Origin: Seison nebaliae
Lineage: Eukaryota
Length of the DNA stretch: 38,204 nucleotides
NCBI GenBank assembly: GCA_023231475.1
Contig: JALJEE010002290.1
Location: forward strand, 1 to 38,204
Direction: 5' to 3'
Each line of letters starts with the position of its first letter. Positions within the stretch are counted from its first letter, which is position 1. Below, piece by piece: positions 1 through 10,043 of this stretch. Both the position numbers and the translations under genes were made by a program. Below the pieces are notes generated by a model, which made no database searches, had not been told where the DNA came from, and saw only the letters and a list, made by a program, of their open reading frames with translations.

Positions 1-600
1 GTACTTAGCTAACAGACTACTACATCTACGTTTCATCGGGAGAATATCACGAAAGTTCGGAATAGATCTATTCTTAAACCGACTGGTCGTTGTCATCGAG
101 ATGGGAAATGACGATAATGAAGAAAGAGAAAAAGAAATTGAAAAAGACGTATCACTAATGGAGACGAGAATATTCGACATCATAATAGATAACCAATATT
201 TAAGGGCTTCAGGAAGTTTACAGAATGAACGGAAAGTTTGGGGCCCATTATCATTGGAGGAAGGAGAACGGTTGCCCATACTCACGTAATTACGATTAGC
301 TTCTGAGTTCTGTAGAACGAAATCTAGTGAGATTGGAATATGATCAGAGAGAGAAGAAGGAATAGAGTCATGTAATAGAGAACATCCCAACACGTACCTT
401 CTCAATGAAGAAGACACGATGATGTGATCGATCCATGAGCTACCACAAGAAGAGATAAATGAACAGGTGTTATGAGGATGGAAAGCACGATCGACACACC
501 ATGCTTGAGAAATAGAGAGGAATTCCTCCAGCCTAGTTAGCGAAGATAAACTTCTGTCGAAGTCAATGTTAAGATTTCCAACGACAACGAAGACAGGAGT
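1..600 (-). mobile_element. Non-LTR retrotransposon (LINE) ORF2 fragment: C-terminal half of an APE-type endonuclease domain, 5'-truncated, running off the window edge
   Basis: Manual translation of the minus strand 600->1 gives 200 stop-free codons. It is absent from the ORF track because no stop lies in the window. The frame reads TPVFVVVGNLNIDF...SSWIDHIIVSS...SLSDHIPISLDF, with the GD(F/L)N-like (579-568), IDH (432-424) and SDH (348-340) motifs in APE order and spacing. In-frame TAA TAA lie immediately upstream of 600. Confidence 0.85.
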
Positions 601-1103
601 TTATTAATAATGGGTGAGTTTATAATCCCTAGATCGAACCTAACAAGTGAAAAGAAAACCGAAATTTTTATCGAGAGAAAGTTTAATTTAGGGGTTACTA
701 TATTCAACTTGCAGAGAATTGACGGGATGAGTTTTCTTTTCTGGTTCTAATCAAACAAAATAATCTTTAGACGTTCCAATTTTCAATAAAGTGAAAACTG
801 TGATCAATTTTAGTATTATTTGTTGGGTGTAGAATTATGTGAGATGAAGCAATTATAAAAACAAAGAAAGTATATTAAATCTGATAAATATAAGAATTAT
901 AGAAGATGAATTAGGGAAATGAAATTTTGCTTGTTCTCCTTTAAAAAAAAACCGGTAGACAGACGAAAAATATTGTGTAATTAGTATTTGGTGGGACATT
1001 CGGTGATTGGTGTTAAAATTAAAAATTTGGTAATTTGTATAAAATGTCTTTATGTATTTCACAGTTTGATCGACGAATGGTGAGACTGAAATAATAATGG
1101 AAG

Positions 1104-2859
1104 TTAAGCTGAATGTGAATTTGAATTAAATTTGAACTTTAAGTATATCGACCGATGTGCATTGAATATTGTGGGGGTCCATAAAATATGAATTTGTCGA
1201 GTAGATGTTTTTTTCAAAAATAAATTATTCAAATTTCCCATTAATCCTTTCATGTTACACTGTTGATTGTAATTGACATAGAGAGTATCGGATGACGGTT
1301 TTGAATCAACAATTGATTTTAATTCCGAAATGAACTTCTGTTTAGAGAGTGAACGATAATATTCCTCTTTCTCTTTAATAAGTCGTTGCAATCGACAACT
1401 TATCATTTTCATTGAATATGTCGAATTCTCATCATTTTTCAAGTTGGTTGTTAGACTACCGAAATAATTCTGTTTATTCCAGTCATGAATTTGTGCAATG
1501 AATCCACTAATGGCATTCTCGTCCGTTTCATTCGAAGTGGATGGTAACGATATGGAAACTAACAAGAATGTAAGAAGACAATGAACAAAAGATAAATAAA
1601 AGAAAATTAGAACTTTCTAGTTGTTTTTCTCCATTTTTATTTCTCGTACTTTTCATAAAAATTTCATAAAGGGAAGAGATTCCCTGATGAATATGACGTA
1701 CAGATTGACATGTGATATCGGTGAACATTAAATTTTTACAAATAAAATTATTATGATCTAATTCCGATAAGTGATGTAATTCGCTGTATACGGAAAGAAA
1801 TGGACTGATTCCATTATCATCGTCTAATGACGGTGATGGAGTTGTCTCGCTAAAATGGAATTGTAGACGAACAGTATCAGACACGATCGAACGACGAACT
1901 ACATTCTCCTCTACATAATATTGCCAATTGTTATTTATTTGTTGGAAGTTGATCGTGCGAATATCTTTCGAATACAAATCGGAAATACTTCTGAGAATTT
2001 CGGAATTATTTCCCAAAGTGACGGACGACACGTCGTCGATTCTCGCTTTAGAAATTATTCTTCTTCCTAATGATTTGAGTAACTCATTCCGTTGGATCTC
2101 TTCATTGGCATTGTTGTGTTTGTAGAACAACAATTTACTTTTGATCTCTCTCTCTGATTGGTACAGTAGCGAATCGACAAATTCATTATTTGTCTTGAGA
2201 ATCATCTCGAGATAATTCTGTAATTTTTCCTCGTTGTTCATGAGAGTTTCAATCAAACTTTTCAGTTGTTCGATATCGAATTTTATAAATTTCGATGTGG
2301 TGATGGTAAATGAGCAGGGTTGTTGCTTCACTAAAAATAAATTGGCAAGAACAGTAATATGAAGAATATCCAGTGTGACTTTAGGAATTGATTGTATTCG
2401 ATAATAACATGAGGTCAAAGATCGACGAATCGAAGGTTGTCGAATGTTAACTGGATGGTCATCGATCAATGACGCTAATCGATCGGGTAATGTTACGAGA
2501 ATGTTTTCAGTAATGAATTGTTTGGGAGCTAAGAGGAAAGCCCAATTATTAGTAGATTTATGACGGTTCTGTTGATATAAGAAATATTTGAAAAAGTTCT
2601 CAATAACAATGGATTGGGAAGTAAGTTTATGAATTTTTTCTGTCCTCAATTTTGATTTGAACATTTTACTGTATCGGTAGAAATAGTTTCGTTTGTCGAT
2701 GTAGTTCGACAAACGATTGATGGATGATGAGCAGCTGTCGTGGAGATGTGTGGAGAGCGGAATATTTGAGATTTCATCCAAGATAATACTGGAATCGATT
2801 GATAAGGATTCATTGAAGAGAATGACGAGAAATAGCACGACGAGTTTAGACGGAAACAT
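1104..2859 (-). CDS. Secreted protein of unknown function, about 566 aa, 2 exons (2859-1614, 1558-1104)
   Basis: N-terminal signal-peptide-like MFPSKLVVLFLVILFNESLS. A 55-nt GTT...TAG intron (1613-1559) joins the 443-aa and 153-aa ORFs in frame (...QLE-I-SISLP...). No family recognised. Confidence 0.75.
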
Positions 2860-3649
2860 TATGGGTAAGAAGTGATGATTTCAATAAAATCTTTTCGACA
2901 AGTCGGAACATTAAGAGAAAGAAAAAAATAACAAGATTAATAATGACTAGACAGAAAATAAAATGTTTAATTACAATCACAATGAGAAGATTGTCGAATA
3001 ATTAGGAGAATGAAGGAAATCACCGAGGCGTGTCCATTTAAAGTTGAGGAAAATATAATTGGAAATGAACGATGTTGTGTAATTAGAAAAATATGAAACA
3101 AAGACAAAACAAAACAAATGTTAATGAAAATTCCAAATTGTTTCATCAAATGTATCGGGAAAAAAATAAACAAACCTATTTCGACAACTTCACAAACAAC
3201 TTGTCATTATGATTTGGATGCGACATTTCTCGATACTCATCTTACCTCGTCGACGAAGAGAAGAAATTATGTAATTTCATGGTAATATAAAAATAACAAA
3301 TGGAAAATATATCTAATCAAATTCATCATTAATCTTCGTTTAATTCAATCAATTCATAGTTACAATCTCATCTAGCTATAAATTAGTTAGTTGCAAATGA
3401 TAAACATTGTAACGGATAACTGACTGAGAGGAAATATTTATCTTTTCCTTCCCAATCTAAAGACGAAACTATTAAATAACGATCATTTCATTTGAGAAGA
3501 TTTCTTCAATTCTTTTTCTTTTTCGTCTACCGGTATCGTTTTTTCAACTTGGAAGTAGTGAGCAGGTAATTTATGAGCGTGGAAACCATAAAATGTTCTT
3601 AATTAGAAGTAACATAATTCTATCATTCGAATACGGAACAACGACACAC

Positions 3650-3726
3650 TAGTTAACTAAATTAATTGGAAGGCAAGATCTTGCCTGGTCTTGAGCAAGG
3701 TCTTACTGACAGTCGAATGTCAGTAA
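3650..3726. repeat. Cluster of adjacent palindromes and hairpins
   Basis: TAGTTAACTA (3650-3659); perfect 16-bp palindrome AGGCAAGATCTTGCCT (3671-3686); wobble stem GGTCTTG-AG-CAAGGTC (3687-3702); 9-bp stem TTACTGACA-GTCGAA-TGTCAGTAA (3703-3726). Confidence 0.7.
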
Positions 3727-4305
3727 AAAATTCCAATTGATTCTATTCAAAAGTTGAATCGGAAAGTAGTGGAAATAGAAAGATGTATATTGTGATCAGA
3801 AATACTTTAATTTCATCTGATAAGAATTATGAGAATATCATAGCAAACTAGATATCCACCTCCATGCAGCACACTTACTAATTTTTGTTAATTATATTAA
3901 GTGATCACCACTCTATTGAATGATGAGAATTAATGAGATTTTAACATGATTTCATAAATTTATTGATTTATTCTCAAGGAAAATATTTATTAGTGAAATA
4001 TGTCTTGTTTTTGAGAGTGTGGGTGGTAAATAATTTAGGAAAAGGAAATTAGTTTAATTGAATAAAAATTAAGTGATCAAATTCAATAAAGAAATCGGCA
4101 AGACAAATGAGAAGAATAACAAATTATCATGTTTCTAAAAATTGGGAGAATTCGAACGGAATTTAATCTACGTCGTCAAAATGTACAAAAGCGGACCATT
4201 TTCTATTGGCGCATTCGTTTAATTTTCATAAAAATTATGACATATTTTGTGGCCTATTCGGAAAGAGTGAAAATAAATTGAGAGTACATTTAATATAAAA
4301 AAGGT

Positions 4306-4785
4306 TTACATGCGATTGTATGATGTCGTTCGCTTTTTGTAGAACGTGTAGGCAGCGAATGCAATGAAAGTTGGCGCAGCCGCAAGAAACATCCCCCCAA
4401 TGAAACTACCCAAAGAAAATGAACTTTTCTTCGGTTTTTTCGTTGTCGTTGTCGGCGCTATCGTCGACGTTATCACTGGTACTTTTGTTGTTGTTGTTAT
4501 GATAGTAGTAGTAATAGTGGTGGTAGTAGTAGGAGCAACTGTCGTAGTAGTAGTTGTGGCGATTTTAGTTGTCGAAGGAGTTGTTGTTGTTGTTGTTGTT
4601 GTAGTGGTGATACTCTTCGTGGTTGTAGTAGTAGAAGAAATACTCGTTGTTGTAGTGCCATTAGTAGATGTGGCATTTACCTCGACGTCGTTGAAATTAG
4701 GAATGGCCGTGGCGGTTGGTGCGGAAAATACCAATGCCAAAATGGAACAAATGACGAAAATGAAGATGGTGAAATTACGATTCAT
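4306..4785 (-). CDS. CD164/porimin (TMEM123)-family type I sialomucin, 159 aa, single coding exon
   Basis: Signal peptide, Thr-rich mucin stalk, juxtamembrane SFSLGSFIGGMFL (family motif FD.xSFIGG), TM helix, basic stop-transfer residues and a terminal YNRM (Yxx-Phi sorting motif, like YHTL in CD164). Confidence 0.85.
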   Translation of the reverse strand: MNRNFTIFIFVICSILALVFSAPTATAIPNFNDVEVNATSTNGTTTTSISSTTTTTKSITTTTTTTTTTPSTTKIATTTTTTVAPTTTTTITTTIITTTTKVPVITSTIAPTTTTKKPKKSSFSLGSFIGGMFLAAAPTFIAFAAYTFYKKRTTSYNRM

Positions 4786-5272
4786 CGTGGAAATAAAACT
4801 CTAATAAATCTCTGAAAAGAATGAGAAATGTTGACGAAAGATGAAAGAGTGACGCGATAAAATGTCGAGAAGAGAAATTAATATAAATTATGAAATAAAA
4901 AACAGGAGGAAAGTGTAAATTATATTATAAGACGTTTTCTGCAACTCACATCAATGTGAGTGTGCTATATTTATTTAGTGGGTGATTTTCTTTGAAAGAG
5001 AATGATTAATTTTCTTTCTCGTGTCAATAGATTAAGTTCGGTTGAAAAATCTTCTTAAAAGTCTTAGCTCAATCCGACAAGTTAGTCAACTTTCTTTTAT
5101 GTTTACATGTGTGAACGTATTCCATTCATTAATCATCTTATGCAAACGGACTCTCGTACATACTCGGCACGAACATTAGATAAACAAGGTACAATTGTGT
5201 TGAATAATATTTACATTTGTTGAGTGAGCACGTAAAAAGTGGAGAGAAAACGAAGAGAAATAATTCGATGCT

Positions 5273-6766
5273 TCACCAATTCATTTCTGTTAAATTTAAT
5301 GCAGGAGCATTGTTTGTCTTATTAAGAAATTGCATGTCAATTAATTTATGAAATTCATTTCTATCAATTTGCTTCTCTACTGACACAAGCTGCTCTTTTA
5401 AACGTTTCATCATTTCTTCTCCATTCTCCAAGTAATCGTGTCGATTGTGCAATGACTCATTCCAATTCTTTATAGAAAGATCCATATTCGTCTTCTTTAA
5501 TTGTCCTCCTCCATTCAGACATCCATTCGGACATGCCATCATTTCAATAAATATCACATTCTTTCTATTTTCGATTTTAAGTTTACGAATTGCTTTCTGA
5601 ATATTTGCAAATCCATAAATCTTTAATAATCTCCAAGTGTTACCTGACGTATCTGTTAAATGATATTCCAAATAATTCTTATTCTTTCTTTGACATTCCA
5701 CCATTACTCCCTCCATCTTCTCTTTCAACACATCAAGTATAAAATCGACATGACCATCACTTGTTGCAGCCGATCTTCTTCCACTCAATTTTTTCTTCAA
5801 TTGAATTTCATTTATAACTGACAGTTCATTCAACTCCTCACTTCTCATCTCAATCAATGATAATCCATCCAAATTAATCAATCGATCCACCTCATCTAAT
5901 TCATCGAATTATTTTGTAATTAAAATCAATTCTCTAACCCGTTGTCAATACACAATGAATATTCGGTAATTTCTCTTCACGATAAACTTCCAATTTCTTA
6001 TCATAACATGACGCAATAGTGATATGAATGAAATTCTCACCGAACTTCTTTCTTAACAATATTCCTATAATTTCTTGAGCTGATCGAAGTGGACAAATGG
6101 ATTTTAATAAATATTGAGTGGTTCTCGTCTTTTCCGCGTAACATGTCCATCCTGGACACGAACTACAAATTAAAGGAAATCGATTCTCGTTTGCTGATAG
6201 AATGTCCTCGATTATCATCATTTCTTTCATTTTCAATAATTCATGTCCCATTTCCGTCGTTATCACATAGTGACAACCTTTAGTTAAATGAATCGACAAA
6301 TATCATCAATAATAAAACCTTTCTCATGGAAATAATTCGAAAGTTTCTTCTCAATCATTTCGTTCGTCTCATTCTCTCGATTGGCAAACGAGCTGATACA
6401 TTGACTTGCTATCGACACAACAATTATTTTCTTTTGACTTACTAAAATTGGAGAATTAACAAAAAAAAGTTTTTCAATAAATTTATAAACGATTCTCCTT
6501 CAATAACTTATTGAATTGATCGGGATTTTGTTCGGATAACAGAATCGATTCAGATGACGTTATACATCCACTACAAGCCAAACAATCTTTCAATGAAATC
6601 GGTTCGAATTTCACATCTTTCTCATTCGTCGATGATACTTGGCTTCCTGGAATAATGCATTCCTTCCATCAATTTTAATATTTCTTTATCATAAAAACCG
6701 AACTAATGAAGGATTGATGAAGTCATTGAGATCATTCAATTTTAATCCGCTAGAAAAATTTGCCAT
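5273..6766 (-). CDS. CIAO3: Cytosolic Fe-S assembly component 3 (NARFL/IOP1/Nar1), 439 aa, 5 exons (6766-6704, 6662-6491, 6441-6319, 6277-5939, 5895-5273)
   Basis: Spliced frame has FSSGLKLNDLNDFINPSLECIIP, ISLKDCLACSGCITSSE, SSCPGWTCYAEKT, CYDKKLE, EMMACPNGCLNGGGQ and a C-terminal Trp, all Nar1-family hallmarks. Introns of 41, 49, 41 and 43 nt restore the frame (1320 nt total). Confidence 0.93.
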
Positions 6767-6959
6767 TTCAAGTAATTTTTTAATAATATAATAATATATA
6801 ATAAGACTTATAATTCTAATTTTGGGATTATTTTGGGAGAGAAAAACAAAATATTTATTAGTTTCATTAAACAAAATGTTGAAAATGAAAAATTTCATCT
6901 TCCTCTTTCTGTTTTAGGTTAAGCGATTTGCTTTTTCAATTCGTTGAAAGTGAAGAAAG

Positions 6960-7184
6960 ATGAACAGAACGATCCAATTTATCAGAGAGTTTCACAAACC
7001 GTTAATACGGTTTCGTTATGGTGTCAACATGAAATTGGAATCGAAAGAATTAGAAGAAACGACGACGCAGTCAAAAAACGATGGAAATAAGAGTCTGTTC
7101 ATTGAACAAATTCCAACAAAATATTATCGAAGATTTGCTGGAGAGGATGAACAATTATGTATCAATCAAGGAGGAATTTCATAA
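6960..7184 (+). CDS. KGD4: Mitochondrial 2-oxoglutarate dehydrogenase adaptor KGD4 (MRPS36/YMR31 family), 74 aa
   Basis: N-terminal HKPLIRF and C-terminal IPTKYYRRFAGEDEQLCINQGG match the family pattern H.PLI(R/K)F ... LP.KYRR......E...I..GG. Confidence 0.85.
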   Translation: MNRTIQFIREFHKPLIRFRYGVNMKLESKELEETTTQSKNDGNKSLFIEQIPTKYYRRFAGEDEQLCINQGGIS

Positions 7185-7391
7185 CTATCTCCCTCCTCCA
7201 ACTCTTCACTTAAAAGAAATAATTTATGAAATGAAAAAATAAAATTTTTTATTGTTTATAAAAAGGAGAGGAGGAAAATATATAGATTGTTCTTTTTTTT
7301 CATTCTCATTCTTCATCAACTTTCTTTTGAAAGAAGATTTCTTTAAAATTTGTATGAGAATAAAAATTAGTTGATAATTATTGAGTGTTGT

Positions 7392-8300
7392 TCATAAGAT
7401 GTTGATCCTTCCCACGTCTAATAGAAAGCCATTCTTTATCTGTCTTTTGCAAGTACACTCGAGACCAGACGTATTATATCTCCCAATGAGGAATTGACAT
7501 TTCGGACATTTGATTTCTCCTTTTTTACCTTTCGTTTTTGCCAAATTACAATCGGAATTACATTCGATGAAATCATTACAATTCAAATGGACACCATCAC
7601 CATAGTTTTGCAATCTTTCCAATTCACTGGGTGATTGATTGGCAATGAAGACCATATGTCTCTTAAACGTGTCTTTCTCACACAATGTCACCCTACAATG
7701 CTTACATTGAACTTCTTTGTGTTTGGCTTCTTGGAATTGTTTCTCCAATTCTACACTTAATTCTTTCTGTAATTGATGAATTAAGTCGGTGACTGTGTTA
7801 AATTTGGGATGTTTGTGAAGGAGAATTTGTGTGTAATCTCCAAATAATTCGTGCGTAATATCACATTTCATAAGACTATAAATTTGAAGTTGGTGTTGGA
7901 ATCCAATATTTGGATTGACATATCTCCTTTCTCGCACATATTTTAATGCTTCACGATCTCCCATCTTCTTCGACTTCATTAAATAACTTATAACGATTGT
8001 TGGTGATCGGGAGAATCCAACCAGACAATGAACAAACACATTCTCACTTCCATCTTTTTTGAATTTATTTATAAATTTGTAACATTCCTCAAATCGACTC
8101 AATAAATCCGTTTGGGGCATATCAGCTACATTGATATGTAAACATTCGATATTGAGCGTTTTCGCCACTTTCTCCACTGCTTGGAAACTGTTCCGTTCGA
8201 TGATTGAGATGATTCCTCGAATGTTGTGACGTTCGAAGAATTTTCGGTTTTTCCCATCCTGCAAACTTCCCAGATAGAGGTACTCCTCAATTTTAGACAT
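7392..8300 (-). CDS. DUSP12: Dual-specificity phosphatase 12 (YVH1-like) with C-terminal zinc-binding domain, 302 aa, intronless CDS
   Basis: ATG at 8300 (MSKIEEYLYLGS). Catalytic VHCLVGFSRS, acid loop VADMP, NPNIGFQHQL. C-terminal CKHCR...H...C...CPKC...CTC zinc ligands typical of DUSP12/Yvh1. Confidence 0.88.
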   Translation of the reverse strand: MSKIEEYLYLGSLQDGKNRKFFERHNIRGIISIIERNSFQAVEKVAKTLNIECLHINVADMPQTDLLSRFEECYKFINKFKKDGSENVFVHCLVGFSRSPTIVISYLMKSKKMGDREALKYVRERRYVNPNIGFQHQLQIYSLMKCDITHELFGDYTQILLHKHPKFNTVTDLIHQLQKELSVELEKQFQEAKHKEVQCKHCRVTLCEKDTFKRHMVFIANQSPSELERLQNYGDGVHLNCNDFIECNSDCNLAKTKGKKGEIKCPKCQFLIGRYNTSGLECTCKRQIKNGFLLDVGRINIL

Positions 8301-8943
8301 TTTACACAACACTCTTTTGAAAATAGAAAAAAAAAATTAATAAATGAGAATAGGGGAATGATGGGGAAGAAATCCACAATATTTATTTACAAATTAGATT
8401 GTTTCATGAAAAATTGTTCATCTGCTTCACGCTATTATTTCGAACGGAAGTCGTTATTCTTAGCAGGTCTAATATAAAAAATTACAACTAATTTAATAAC
8501 ATTCTTACATTGGAAGATTGGAGAATTATGGGCGGATATATTTTCGCCACACGATTTCTCCTAAAAAATTACTTCTTAAAATTAGTTCAACAAACTTCCC
8601 TCGAATATTATACACGTGAAATTCATTTGAAAAATTTATTCAAATGATTATTTCTCAATCGGAAATTAATTCGATGAATAAATAACTTTCTTAATTAACT
8701 TATGAGTTAAATGGAAATTAATTCATTTTCTTTTTGTAATAATAATTCAACAGATATTACACGTCGATTTTGATGTATTTAATAAGAAATTGTGGTGAGT
8801 TGGAATATTAATTAAAGAAATGTTGAGAAATAGTTTCACAAGATCGTCGTCCCTTGCGTAACGATTATAATGAGGAGAGAGAAGAAATTGAATTTAATGT
8901 TCCACCTCTAATGTGCTCTAGATGATTAGAGATGATTCATTTA

Positions 8944-9860
8944 TTATTTGGTATTACGATTCATCAGTAACAGTTCGTCATATTTGGATACATCTTCGAA
9001 AATTAAGTTGAATTGTTCCATTCGCTAAAGAAAAAGTGGCGAAATGAAATGTTAGAAAATGGAGAATGAACTTTCCGATTAGGTAAACATTTCCCGAAAC
9101 ATTCTAATAGAAGAGGTTCTTCCTGGACAGATTGTTGGAAATCTGTTAACGAAACACGACCATCATGATCCTTATCCTAAAATGGAATGAAATGGAAATT
9201 TCATTATTGTCTCTCAACCATTTTCTTTAATGCAATCTCCACTAATTCTTTAGTGCTCTCTTCTGGATCTTCTTCACTTGGCTGCTTGATGACGCTATTC
9301 TTCAACATTTTGAACATTTCATCACGAGAAATAAAAGAATCTCCATTTTCATCATAAACATTAAAACAAACTAAAAAAAATGATTGTTAGATCGAATTCT
9401 GTTATTAGAGAGAAGAAGAAAACATTTAATTTTTTCCGATCGTTTTCCTCGAACGAACACACTTAGTCCCGTCAACCATTCTTTCATGCAGAGTGATGAA
9501 TCATTATCTCTATCGAAAGCATGATGAACTAGATTAGTTAATTAATTTGAATGTTAAAGGAATGAAGGAGAAACCTCGGTCGATGAGCATTGCATCAGTT
9601 AAATCAAATGTGTTGTGAAGAAAATCACAAAATTTTGAACGATCCAACTTACCATCTTTTGAATTTTTTGTCAATTGAATGAATAAAAGTAGTAGAGTTT
9701 CCATTTCGGTGGTTGAGACTAGAAAAAAAAATTTTAAAAACAAAAAATCATTTCAGAGAAGATGAAAACAGTGTATCGGTTCATCAATTGATCTGATGAC
9801 TTCCGACATCGTCTTCCGAGTTAACGAATCGATATGATGTCCTTTCTGACGATTTGGCAT
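8944..9860 (-). CDS. EFCAB1: Calaxin (EF-hand outer dynein arm-associated calcium sensor), 225 aa, 6 exons (9860-9770, 9718-9575, 9528-9424, 9370-9219, 9176-9072, 9024-8944)
   Basis: Manual splice gives HFSTTEME...[35 protein letters not shown]...[12 protein letters not shown]...[42 protein letters not shown]...[23 protein letters not shown]...[13 protein letters not shown]. Introns are 51, 46, 53, 42 and 47 nt. Mostly missed by the ORF track. Confidence 0.93.
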
Positions 9861-9881
9861 TTTGATTAAATGTGAATCCTG

Positions 9882-9894
9882 GTAATTTAGCAAC
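9882..9894. promoter_or_regulatory. Degenerate RFX X-box near the calaxin start
   Basis: GTAATTTAGCAAC has a perfect RGYAAC half-site, the same spacing as the 10011 box and 11/13 identity with it. Confidence 0.45.
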
Positions 9895-10010
9895 AAGCTG
9901 AGAATATGTATTAATTTCTCATTCGGAATAATTTGGAGAAATGTAATGAAAGCTTCTTGTCGATTGTTAAGCGTGAGAATTTGAAAAAAATTAAGTTTGT
10001 TTTCTGTGCA

Positions 10011-10023
10011 GTAACCTAGCAAC
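10011..10023. promoter_or_regulatory. RFX X-box in the calaxin/CCDC146 bidirectional promoter
   Basis: GTAACCTAGCAAC fits GTNRCC-N(0-3)-RGYAAC exactly. It lies 20 nt upstream of the CCDC146 ATG, between two divergent motile-cilium genes. Confidence 0.75.
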
Positions 10024-10043
10024 TACGACAACTATCGAGAGCG

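Noticed and set aside
101..289. 62-aa ORF on the + strand
   Set aside because: Antisense to the LINE endonuclease frame.
853..3173. Short AT-rich ORFs 853-1062, 1928-2125 and 2967-3173
   Set aside because: They have low-complexity F/I/N/K composition or overlap a real gene in antisense, and show no motifs.
2900..4300. U1 or other snRNA gene in the intergenic gaps (for example CTTACCTCG near 3241)
   Set aside because: No U1 stem-loop I/II sequence or Sm-site architecture follows. No spliceosomal snRNA was recognised anywhere in the window.
4364..4804. Val-rich 146-aa ORF on the + strand
   Set aside because: Antisense shadow of the Thr-rich mucin codons.
5273..6766. [FeFe]-hydrogenase in an animal
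   Set aside because: The motifs (CLACSGC, CPGW, CYDKKLE, terminal Trp) are those of the hydrogenase-like Nar1/CIAO3 family, which is universal in eukaryotes.
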